Translations under genes and position numbers: made by a program | Shown: piece after piece, positions 57,210-64,000 of the stretch | Numbering within the stretch: position 1 is the stretch's first letter | Layout of the letters: the number at the start of each line of letters is the position of its first letter | Assembly (NCBI GenBank): GCA_041479945.1 | Contig: JBGOYZ010000001.1 | Location: forward strand, 563 to 64,562 | Length of the DNA: 64,000 nt | Direction of reading: 5' to 3' | Source: Thermoproteota archaeon | Lineage (GTDB): Archaea; Thermoproteota; EX4484-205; JAAOZO01 | Notes under the pieces: model-generated | What the model saw: the letters and a program-made list of their open reading frames with translations, nothing else | Told to the model about the DNA's origin: nothing | The model's database searches: none

Positions 57210-57479
57210 TTGGCAAGAAGAAAGCCATCAGGCTCTCTAGGGGTCAAATACGGATTCACACTGAGGAGACGCTCGGCCGATGTGATGGCGAGAAGGAGAC
57301 TCAAGTACAAGTGCCCCAACTGCGCCAGAGGATTCCTGAAGAGGGTCGGAGTTGGAATCTGGACCTGCAAGAAATGTGGGAACACGTTTGCGGGAGGCGC
57401 GTACGAACCACACACAAAGTCGGGACTTACTTCCGTCAGGGTATCGGGGATCACTTCTGCCAAGAGAGCTGAAAGTTAA
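57210..57479 (+). CDS. rpl37ae: Ribosomal protein L37ae
   Basis: KYKCPNCARGFLKRVGVGIWTCKKCGNTFAGGAY zinc ribbon. Confidence 0.9.
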   Translation: MARRKPSGSLGVKYGFTLRRRSADVMARRRLKYKCPNCARGFLKRVGVGIWTCKKCGNTFAGGAYEPHTKSGLTSVRVSGITSAKRAES

Positions 57480-57518
57480 TAACCGAGTTCGGTCTACGTG
57501 TGGCTTGGTGCGTTCTTG

Positions 57519-57860
57519 ATGGAATCCGTGCCTCCACAGGTCAGCGACAAGATATCCAAACTGCAGTCGACACAAGCCGCCTATGACACGACCATCCTGC
57601 AACACCAGCGAGTGCAGGAAGAACTGAGCGAAGTAGAGAGATCCTTAGAGACCTTGGGCCAGGAATCAAGCGACGAGGTATATCAGTTTGCAGGGCGAGT
57701 TCTCGTAAAGAGAGACAAGAAGAAGGTCGAGACAGAACTGAAGGAGAAGCAGGAGCTGCTAAAGCTGAGAGATTCTGCTCTTGAGAAACAAGAGGGCAAA
57801 CTGAAGGAGAGAATCGAGGAGCTGGAGAGTTCAATCAAGGGTTCGTTGAAGAGCCAGTGA
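57519..57860 (+). CDS. pfdB: Prefoldin beta subunit
   Basis: Coiled coil, beta hairpin, coiled coil. VYQFAGRVLVKRDKKKVETELKEKQELLKLRDSALEKQE is family-typical. Confidence 0.7.
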   Translation: MESVPPQVSDKISKLQSTQAAYDTTILQHQRVQEELSEVERSLETLGQESSDEVYQFAGRVLVKRDKKKVETELKEKQELLKLRDSALEKQEGKLKERIEELESSIKGSLKSQ

Positions 57861-58882
57861 ACGGCATGGTCGCCGGGCCGCCTCCCCTCTTGGATTCGAT
57901 AGCAACTCTGTCTACACGACTGGCAGAAGCAAAGCCAAGAAGGATTGCCATCTTGACTCACAAGGGAGCCGATGTTGATGCGTTGGCCTCGGCATTCGGG
58001 ATCAGAGAAATGCTCGCCCAGAGCTGTCCCTCATCGCATCTGTCCATCCATTCAGTGGGAAGGCTACCGCAGAAGTCCAGAGGACTGGTCGAGTTCCTAG
58101 ATCTTGAGGTGGACGGAGAGATGCCCGAGACTCAAGGATCTTGGATCTTTCTCGTAGACACAGGGGGGTGGATGACAACCGGAGTGCCCGTTGAGCGACT
58201 TTCGGAGGCGGAATGCAGGGTTCTAGTAGATCATCACCCGCTGGTGGATCAAGATCTCTACGACATCGTGCTGTACCACCCTTCCACTTCGACGTCCGAG
58301 ATCGTGTTGAAGATGTTTGATGTCCTACACTGCACTATGGAAGAACGCGTCTCCACGGCCCTGCTTGCGGGAGTGATAACGGACACTGCTGGGTTGAGGG
58401 AGGCAAATGACGAGACACTGATGCATCTCTGCGAGCTGGGATCAAAAGGGGCAAAGATTGCCAAGGCCTGGGAGACGATCTCGCGCGAGGCATCAAGGGA
58501 TGAGACTATAGCCAGATTGAAGGCAGCCCAAAGAATGAAGATACTGAAGACCAAAGAATTGGTCGTCGTCATTACAGAAGTGGGCTCATATCACTCCGTC
58601 GTTGCTTCCGCACTGATCAGATTGGGAGCGGACTTGGCGATAGTGTTCTCAAGAGCGCCCGAGGGGTCGAAAGCGAGTCTAAGGGCATCGAGGCGTCTGT
58701 CTGACCTGTCCTCCTTGGACCTCGGACCTCTGAGCGCTGAACTGGCAAGGGAACTCGGAGGGCATGGAGGAGGTCACATCAGGGCCGGGGCACTCAGTTC
58801 TTCCAAGAACATGAAAGAGTCGCTTGCGCTTGCCGAGAAATTCCTAGCCAAGCATTTAAGTCAGCTGAGAACTGCAGAGTGA
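57857..58882 (+). CDS. DHH-family phosphoesterase (NrnA-like, DHH plus DHHA1)
   Basis: RIAILTHKGADVDALAS, VDHHP (DHH motif), and a C-terminal GGH motif (LGGHGGGH). Confidence 0.7.
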   Translation: MNGMVAGPPPLLDSIATLSTRLAEAKPRRIAILTHKGADVDALASAFGIREMLAQSCPSSHLSIHSVGRLPQKSRGLVEFLDLEVDGEMPETQGSWIFLVDTGGWMTTGVPVERLSEAECRVLVDHHPLVDQDLYDIVLYHPSTSTSEIVLKMFDVLHCTMEERVSTALLAGVITDTAGLREANDETLMHLCELGSKGAKIAKAWETISREASRDETIARLKAAQRMKILKTKELVVVITEVGSYHSVVASALIRLGADLAIVFSRAPEGSKASLRASRRLSDLSSLDLGPLSAELARELGGHGGGHIRAGALSSSKNMKESLALAEKFLAKHLSQLRTAE

Positions 58883-58894
58883 CCAGCCCAGGTC

Positions 58895-59761
58895 ATGGCC
58901 GAGAACCCGGTGGTGTCGTTCAGAGATGTTACCTTCTCCTATCAGGGCGGCTCGAGGTCAGTGCTGAAAGGTGTCAACTTCGAACTCAGGGCTGGCGAAT
59001 TCGTTCTCATCACTGGACCCTCTGGGAGCGGAAAGACATCTCTGGCCAGGCTGATAACGGGTCTGATACCCAACAGCTACCCCGGGGAACTCTCTGGAAG
59101 CGCTGTTGTTCTCGGCGAGGATGTCTCCAAGTCGAAGATCCACACCTTGGCCCAGAAAGTCGGGTTTGTGCTCCAGAATCCCGAGAATCAACTGTTCGCG
59201 CTCACAGTGGAGGACGATGTGGCCTTCGGCCCTGAGAACCTGGCCCTACCTAGGCAAGAGATCAAGAGTAGGGTGGACTGGAGTCTATCGACAACCGGGC
59301 TGGAAGACCAACGACAGAGGCCGCCCTTTGAACTGTCCGGTGGATTCCAGCAGAGGGCAGCCATAGCTGGTGTACTTGCGATGAAGCCGAGGTTGCTTGT
59401 CCTGGACGAGCCCACTTCATCGCTTGATTCCCTAGCAGCTAGGAATTTCGTGAAGTTCCTGACGAAGTTACGCTCGGAACTGGGCGTCACCACTCTCATC
59501 ATAGAACAGCGACTTGAGCTCTTCTACAATGCGGTCGACAGGATAGTCGTTGTACAAGATGGCTCGATCGCAGTTGACGCGACACCGATCGCCGCGCTGG
59601 ACCTCTGTCTGAAAAACAATCTACAGGTGAACTACCCTCTTTCGTATCTCTTCTGGAAGGCATACGGAAGGGATATCGGTCGAATGTCGGAAAGACCGCC
59701 TTCTGAACCGTCGACCTATGTCGACAGCATTCGTCGCAGAATGGGTGAGAGCGTTGGCTGA
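58895..59761 (+). CDS. ecfA1: ECF transporter ATPase component EcfA
   Basis: Walker A GPSGSGKTS, ABC signature LSGGFQQR, Walker B LLVLDEPTS. Confidence 0.85.
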   Translation: MAENPVVSFRDVTFSYQGGSRSVLKGVNFELRAGEFVLITGPSGSGKTSLARLITGLIPNSYPGELSGSAVVLGEDVSKSKIHTLAQKVGFVLQNPENQLFALTVEDDVAFGPENLALPRQEIKSRVDWSLSTTGLEDQRQRPPFELSGGFQQRAAIAGVLAMKPRLLVLDEPTSSLDSLAARNFVKFLTKLRSELGVTTLIIEQRLELFYNAVDRIVVVQDGSIAVDATPIAALDLCLKNNLQVNYPLSYLFWKAYGRDIGRMSERPPSEPSTYVDSIRRRMGESVG

Positions 59762-60566
59762 GATTGAAGTCTTGGATGTGGGTTTCTCGTACGAGCCCGG
59801 AAGAGAGGTTCTGAGGCAGGTCACCCTTGACGTACCCGAAGGTTCGTCTATGTCTATTATGGGACCAAACGGTTCCGGCAAGACGACTCTCATCAAAACC
59901 TTCAACGGACTGCTCCTGCCAACAAAGGGAAAAGTGCTCGTCGATGGCTTGGCCACAACGAACACATCCATCTCACAGTTAGCCAAGAAAGTGGGCATTA
60001 TCTTCCAGAATCCCGAGAAGAGCTTCTTCTCTGAAACGGTCAGGCAGGAGATCGCTTTTGGCCCGAAGAACATGGGGTTCTCAGAGAAAGAGGTAGATGC
60101 TGTGGTCAATGACGTGTCGGTCAAGTTCGGGCTTTCGGACTACCTTTCATCCAATCCGTTTGACTTGAGCGGCGGCGAGAAGAGACGCCTTTCGATAGCC
60201 TCCGTGCTGGCTTGGCGCCCTGAAGTCGTTGTGATGGACGAGCCGACCGTGGGGCTCGATCACCAGTACAGGGTGTTTCTGATCGACGTGCTGAGAGGAT
60301 TCAAGGCGGAAGGCAAGTCCGTCGTGATTGTGACGCACGATGTTGACTTCGCTCTTCTGACTTCGGAAAGGACCGCTCTGATGGACGATGGCTCGATGGT
60401 CTGGCGCGGGAGCTTGACGGATCTTCTGAAATCGCCAGAGTTGTTCGCGAGAGCGAACATGCTTCCGACGTTCCTGACCTCTCTTTGCACTGAACTCCTG
60501 AGATCTGGTTTGTCCCAAGATCGGTTCGCTCCAGTTGACCTCGCGTCGCTGCTGGGAGGGAAGTAG
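59718..60566 (+). CDS. ecfA2: ECF transporter ATPase component EcfA'
   Basis: GPNGSGKTT, LSGGEKRR, VVVMDEPTVGLD. Overlaps ecfA1. Confidence 0.85.
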   Translation: MSTAFVAEWVRALAEIEVLDVGFSYEPGREVLRQVTLDVPEGSSMSIMGPNGSGKTTLIKTFNGLLLPTKGKVLVDGLATTNTSISQLAKKVGIIFQNPEKSFFSETVRQEIAFGPKNMGFSEKEVDAVVNDVSVKFGLSDYLSSNPFDLSGGEKRRLSIASVLAWRPEVVVMDEPTVGLDHQYRVFLIDVLRGFKAEGKSVVIVTHDVDFALLTSERTALMDDGSMVWRGSLTDLLKSPELFARANMLPTFLTSLCTELLRSGLSQDRFAPVDLASLLGGK

Positions 60567-60569
60567 CTC

Positions 60570-61337
60570 ATGTCTCTTGCGTTCCTGAGGGCCTACAGAT
60601 TCTCAAAGTTGGACACTCCGGTCCACAGGTTGGATCCACGGACGAAGTTGATAATGACGGTAGCATTCACGTTGCTGGGAGTAACGACACTTGACCCTTT
60701 GGAGATTCTCGTTTTGTTGTTTGTTCAGTTGATCATTCTGGCCATAAGCAGATCGCTGCAGATGTGGCTTCGGTCACTGAGGGCCCTGTTGCTCTTCCTT
60801 GTGCTCATATTGCTGGCTCAGGCAATAGCTACGGGCAACCTACTTCAGTCCGCCTTCTTTGCGCTCCGGTTCGTGGTGGTCGCGTCCGCAACTTCTTGGT
60901 TCTTCTTCACCACTTCTCCAGAAGATCTGGGCCGGGCTCTGGAGCAAATGGGCATATCCGCCGATGTAGCGTTGTCCTTCACCCTGTCAATGCGGTTCAT
61001 CCCAGTCATAGCTGAGGAGTTTCAGTCCATATTCGATGCCCAGCGGGCCAGAGGCTTGGATGTGGGTAAAGGAGGTTTGTTGGACAGAATGAGATCTCTG
61101 CTCCCCGTGCTTGTCCCACTGTTCGTGGGGGTGATAAGGAGAACATACGAGATCGCCGACGCTCTGGAGCTGAGAGGATACGGAGCCCTGAAGTCAAGGA
61201 CGAGGTGGAAAGACCCGAAGTTCGGCAGGACCGATGTCCTGGCGTTGTTGGCGCTTGTAGCACTGTCTGCCGGTCTCATCTACTACAGGTTGGTCATCCC
61301 GACCTTGGATCTGTCCAAACTCACCACCCTTTTATAG
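60570..61337 (+). CDS. ecfT: ECF transporter transmembrane component EcfT (CbiQ family)
   Basis: 255 aa, 5-6 TM helices. The ARxxRG-type loop (DAQRARGLD) is conserved in EcfT. Confidence 0.8.
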   Translation: MSLAFLRAYRFSKLDTPVHRLDPRTKLIMTVAFTLLGVTTLDPLEILVLLFVQLIILAISRSLQMWLRSLRALLLFLVLILLAQAIATGNLLQSAFFALRFVVVASATSWFFFTTSPEDLGRALEQMGISADVALSFTLSMRFIPVIAEEFQSIFDAQRARGLDVGKGGLLDRMRSLLPVLVPLFVGVIRRTYEIADALELRGYGALKSRTRWKDPKFGRTDVLALLALVALSAGLIYYRLVIPTLDLSKLTTLL

Positions 61338-61359
61338 ATGTCTGAGAGACCCGAGGCTC

Positions 61360-61956
61360 GTGACCAACCGTCCTCCCTTTGATGCCCTCCTCAAGGCCAT
61401 AAACGTGAACTTGGATTCGGTGGACCCAAAGCAGGTCGAAGGTTTTACGAATGCGCTGACGAGCGCGTACCATGACCGAAGAACGATAGGTGTAGTAGGG
61501 GCCGGCAGGAGTGGGCTGGTCGCCAAGGCATTTGCGATGAGACTCATGCACTTGGGATTCAATGTCTTCGTGATAGGCGAGACAATAACCCCGGCCATCG
61601 GAAAGGACGACGTCTTGCTGGCAGTTTCCGGGTCGGGAGACACAGCTTTGACCGTGAGTTCTGCTCAGGTGGCGAGGCACGTCGGAGCAAGAGTGATCTC
61701 CATTACTTCCTTCCCAAGCTCGAGTCTGGCCGGATTGTCGGACATCGTGCTGGTCGTGCCCGGCAGAATTCGGAGGGTAGAAACTGACGACTACTTCTCA
61801 AGGCAACTCCTGGGCATTCATGAACCCCTTGCACCTCTGGGAACTCTCTTTGAGTTGTCCACAAGCATTCTCATGGATTCCATAGTGGTAGAGCTGATGA
61901 AGGTCCTCAAGATCGATGAGAAAGACATGCGGAATAGACATTCCACGATACACTGA
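61360..61956 (+). CDS. SIS-domain sugar-phosphate isomerase (6-phospho-3-hexuloisomerase-like)
   Basis: TIGVVGAGRSGLVAKAFAMRLMHLGF...LLAVSGSGDT SIS motifs. 198 aa. Confidence 0.7.
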   Translation: MTNRPPFDALLKAINVNLDSVDPKQVEGFTNALTSAYHDRRTIGVVGAGRSGLVAKAFAMRLMHLGFNVFVIGETITPAIGKDDVLLAVSGSGDTALTVSSAQVARHVGARVISITSFPSSSLAGLSDIVLVVPGRIRRVETDDYFSRQLLGIHEPLAPLGTLFELSTSILMDSIVVELMKVLKIDEKDMRNRHSTIH

Positions 61957-61998
61957 TTTGAGCCAACGCTTGACCGCTCGCTGGCTGGATGAGCGACC

Positions 61999-62325
61999 AT
62001 GAAACGCACGAGACACGTAGACAAGAAGCTGGTCTACGAGGTCGTAAGGCGGATCCCGAAGGGAATGGTCTCTTCGTATGGTACTATCGCTAGGGCAGTG
62101 GGTGTGCCAGGGGCCGCGAGGGCCATCGGGAGCATAATGCGGGCCAACCCCAATCCTCCGATCATTCCATGTCACAGGGTGGTGTATTCTGATGGGAGAC
62201 TGGGTGGGTTCAGCGGCAGATCCCACATACCTAAGAAGGCGCGGCTGCTGCGATCAGAGGGCATAAAAATCGCCAATGGCAGGATCGTCGACTTCTCACG
62301 CGTGTTCCATGACTTCAGAGGGTGA
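61999..62325 (+). CDS. ogt: Methylated-DNA--protein-cysteine methyltransferase, short single-domain form
   Basis: YGTIARAVG...IPCHRVV active-site PCHR motif. 108 aa, the C-terminal DNA-binding/active domain only. Confidence 0.75.
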   Translation: MKRTRHVDKKLVYEVVRRIPKGMVSSYGTIARAVGVPGAARAIGSIMRANPNPPIIPCHRVVYSDGRLGGFSGRSHIPKKARLLRSEGIKIANGRIVDFSRVFHDFRG

Positions 62326-62398
62326 GCTGACACTGGGCTCTAAGGTAGGCATAGCAACCACCTGCGGTGCTTGTTGACCGCTGGACTTCGTCATGTTA

Positions 62399-62425
62399 CT
62401 GTTTCCGTGGAAACAGTCTTATAAT
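62399..62425 (+). promoter_or_regulatory. Perfect 8-bp inverted repeat abutting the hmgA TATA box
   Basis: CTGTTTCC-GT-GGAAACAG (62399-62416) is followed directly by TCTTATAATGG (TATA) and the hmgA ATG about 23 nt later. Confidence 0.5.
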
Positions 62426-62447
62426 GGGTTGACCCACTCATACTTTG

Positions 62448-63725
62448 ATGGACGGGACATCTAGGATGCCCGGATTCTACAAACTTTCTGTCAAGGATAG
62501 ACTAGAACACGTCCGGAGGGTCTGTGGGCTGACGTCAGAGGAAACGGAACTCCTGATGAAAACGGGCGGTCTGAACTTGGATGTGGCAGACAGGATGGTA
62601 GAGAATGTCATCGGTACGATGTCATACCCCTTGGCGATTGCGGTGAACTTCCTGATCGACGGCTTGGATCGCCTTGTTCCCATGGTCATCGAGGAACCAT
62701 CAGTGGTTGCTGCCTCCAGCAACGCCGCGAAAATGATGCGGGAGAAGGGAGGCATATTCACGAACGCGACAGAACCGTTGATGATAGGGCAGATTCAGTT
62801 GTTGGAGATCGAAGACCCGTGGGCGGCTCGCCTCAGAATAATCGAGCACACCGATGAGATTCTGCAACTGGCGAACGAACAGGATCCGTTCCTGACGAAG
62901 GTCGGAGGAGGAGCTAAGGGCCTAGAGGTTAGGGTCGTGAACTCCCCGACGGGAGTGATGGTTGTTGCGCACCTTCTCGTTAACGTAAAGGACGCGATGG
63001 GAGCCAATGCAGTTAACACGATGTGCGAGGCTGTGGCCCCAACCGTTGAGCGAGTGACCGGTGGCAGGTCGTGTTTGAAGATAATCTCCAATCTCGCGGA
63101 TAGAAGGCTTGCTAGGGCCAGAGCTGTCGTCGCGAAAGAAGAACTAGGTGGAGAGAAGGGGGTGGACTCCGTAGTCCAGGCGTGGTCCTTTGCAGTGGCC
63201 GACCAATATAGGGCGGCAACTCACAACAAGGGGATAATGAACGGGGTGATAGCAGTTGCGCTGGCAACCGGACAAGACCACAGGGCGCTGGAGGCGGGTG
63301 CGCATGCCTATGCCGCCAGAACCGGCAGGTATCTCCCGCTCTCCACTTGGGAGAAGGACGAGAACGGGGATCTGACGGGGACGTTGGAATTGCCCATGGC
63401 CGTGGGTCTTGTCGGCGGGGCCACCAAAGTGCATCCTGTTGCGCAGCTATCTGCAAAGATACTCGGTGTGAAAACCGCCACCGAACTTGCTAGAGTGATG
63501 GCTGCTGTGGGTCTGGCACAGAACTTTGCGGCACTCAGAGCGCTTACTCAGGAGGGGATCCAGCTCGGCCACATGAAGTTGCATGCTAGGAACATAGCCT
63601 CAGCGGCTGGGGCAGAGGGTGAACTAGTGGACAAGGTTGCGGAAATCATGATCAAGGAGAAGATGATAAGGTTCGACAGGGCCAAGGAACTGGTCGAGCA
63701 ACTCCGTTCCAAGGGGCCAAAGTGA
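62448..63725 (+). CDS. hmgA: Hydroxymethylglutaryl-CoA reductase (NADPH)
   Basis: ENVIG, DAMGANAVNTMCE, GLVGGATKVHP motifs. The track start at 62445 is TTG; ATG 62448 lies 23 nt after the TTATAAT box. Confidence 0.9.
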   Translation: MDGTSRMPGFYKLSVKDRLEHVRRVCGLTSEETELLMKTGGLNLDVADRMVENVIGTMSYPLAIAVNFLIDGLDRLVPMVIEEPSVVAASSNAAKMMREKGGIFTNATEPLMIGQIQLLEIEDPWAARLRIIEHTDEILQLANEQDPFLTKVGGGAKGLEVRVVNSPTGVMVVAHLLVNVKDAMGANAVNTMCEAVAPTVERVTGGRSCLKIISNLADRRLARARAVVAKEELGGEKGVDSVVQAWSFAVADQYRAATHNKGIMNGVIAVALATGQDHRALEAGAHAYAARTGRYLPLSTWEKDENGDLTGTLELPMAVGLVGGATKVHPVAQLSAKILGVKTATELARVMAAVGLAQNFAALRALTQEGIQLGHMKLHARNIASAAGAEGELVDKVAEIMIKEKMIRFDRAKELVEQLRSKGPK

Positions 63726-63786
63726 ACGGGGTCGGCCCTCTTTTAGCGCCAGCGGGCGAAAAGGTGCAACACAAGAAGGAAGGCTT

Positions 63787-63814
63787 AAATATCGATTCCG
63801 ATATCGTTTCCGAT
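63787..63814 (+). promoter_or_regulatory. TATA box plus tandem TCCGATAT / CGATATCG repeats upstream of the padR-like gene
   Basis: GCTTAAATATCGATTCCGATATCGTTTCCGATATG: TTAAATA box, then two direct TCCGATAT repeats with a CGATATCG palindrome, running into the ATG. Confidence 0.45.
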
Positions 63815-64000
63815 ATGTTCGACGAGCGTGGCGGACCTCGCTCCCGGAAGTTTCTGCTTCCTCCCAGAGGCGCACTGAGGGTTCTCATCTTGAGGTTGAT
63901 AGAGGAGAAGCCGAGGACCGGATCTGAGATAATGAACGAGATTGAGAAAGAGTCCTTGGGACACTGGCGACCTAGCCCAGGTTCGGTCTATCCCATGCTG
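63815..64000 (+). CDS. PadR-family transcriptional regulator (partial, truncated by window end)
   Basis: Hand-translated: MFDERGGPRSRKFLLPPRGALRVLILRLIEEKPRTGSEIMNEIEKESLGHWRPSPGSVYPML. PadR wHTH signature (G-x-E-I...S-x-G-x-V/L-Y-P-x-L). Confidence 0.6.
   Translation, partial: MFDERGGPRSRKFLLPPRGALRVLILRLIEEKPRTGSEIMNEIEKESLGHWRPSPGSVYPML

Noticed and set aside
57480-57520. Possible rpoP (Rpc10) between L37ae and prefoldin beta
   Set aside because: Checked all frames by eye. No C-x2-C...C-x2-C mini-ORF is present, so it is reported as absent rather than as a feature.
1-64000. Mobile elements, CRISPR arrays, toxin-antitoxin or defence islands
   Set aside because: No direct-repeat arrays, transposase or integrase-like ORFs, or defence-type domains were seen. 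The window is core housekeeping content throughout.

Overview
This 64-kb window is a gene-dense archaeal chromosomal segment, GC-rich and almost entirely informational and housekeeping genes. It looks TACK/Thaumarchaeota-like: rpoB is unsplit and rpoA' and rpoA'' are fused into one 1275-aa ORF. Recognisable blocks, in order:
- An AglB oligosaccharyltransferase carrying the WWDYG motif.
- A divergent PAC2-like / Nop10 pair, then aIF2alpha-S27e-L44e.
- A replication cluster: GINS-like, PriS, PriL, PCNA, TFS.
- A minus-strand operon: DUF655-KsgA-L10e-Csl4-RpoL-RNaseIII-like-DUF99.
- A tRNA cluster with unusually long, intron-laden tRNAs. One is a clear tRNA-Lys(UUU) with two non-canonical introns.
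- The RNAP operon rpoH-rpoB-rpoA(fused)-L30e-NusA-S12-S7-EF1A.
- Two proteasome beta paralogues, one with the catalytic Thr1 replaced by Ala.
- RtcA, NMNAT, FKBP, G1P dehydrogenase, aCPSF1, Sm and L37e, a translin-like protein, EndoV, an RbkR-like riboflavin-kinase/regulator fusion convergent with RibL, Trm5, PCMT, FEN1, EF1B with its COG2888 Zn-ribbon partner, and geranylgeranyl reductase.
- An MFS transporter, Pth2, TruD, GlyRS, tRNA-splicing endonuclease EndA, a PFK-A family kinase, agmatinase and a family-B DNA polymerase.
- The exosome/proteasome superoperon Pop5-PsmA-SBDS-Rrp4-Rrp41-Rrp42-L37ae, then prefoldin beta, a DHH phosphoesterase, ECF transporter A/A'/T, a SIS isomerase, a short Ogt, HMG-CoA reductase and a partial PadR regulator.
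- Several archaeal-style promoter elements and two likely regulator-binding repeat elements are visible upstream of leaderless starts.
No mobile elements, CRISPR array or defence island is visible. The most unusual content is the RNA biology (multi-intron tRNAs, a 179-nt tRNA-like element) and a few atypical protein features (fused rpoA, a Thr1->Ala beta subunit, an RNase III-like gene in the RpoL/Csl4 operon). The ORF track accepts TTG and GTG starts, so several called starts are probably too far upstream.
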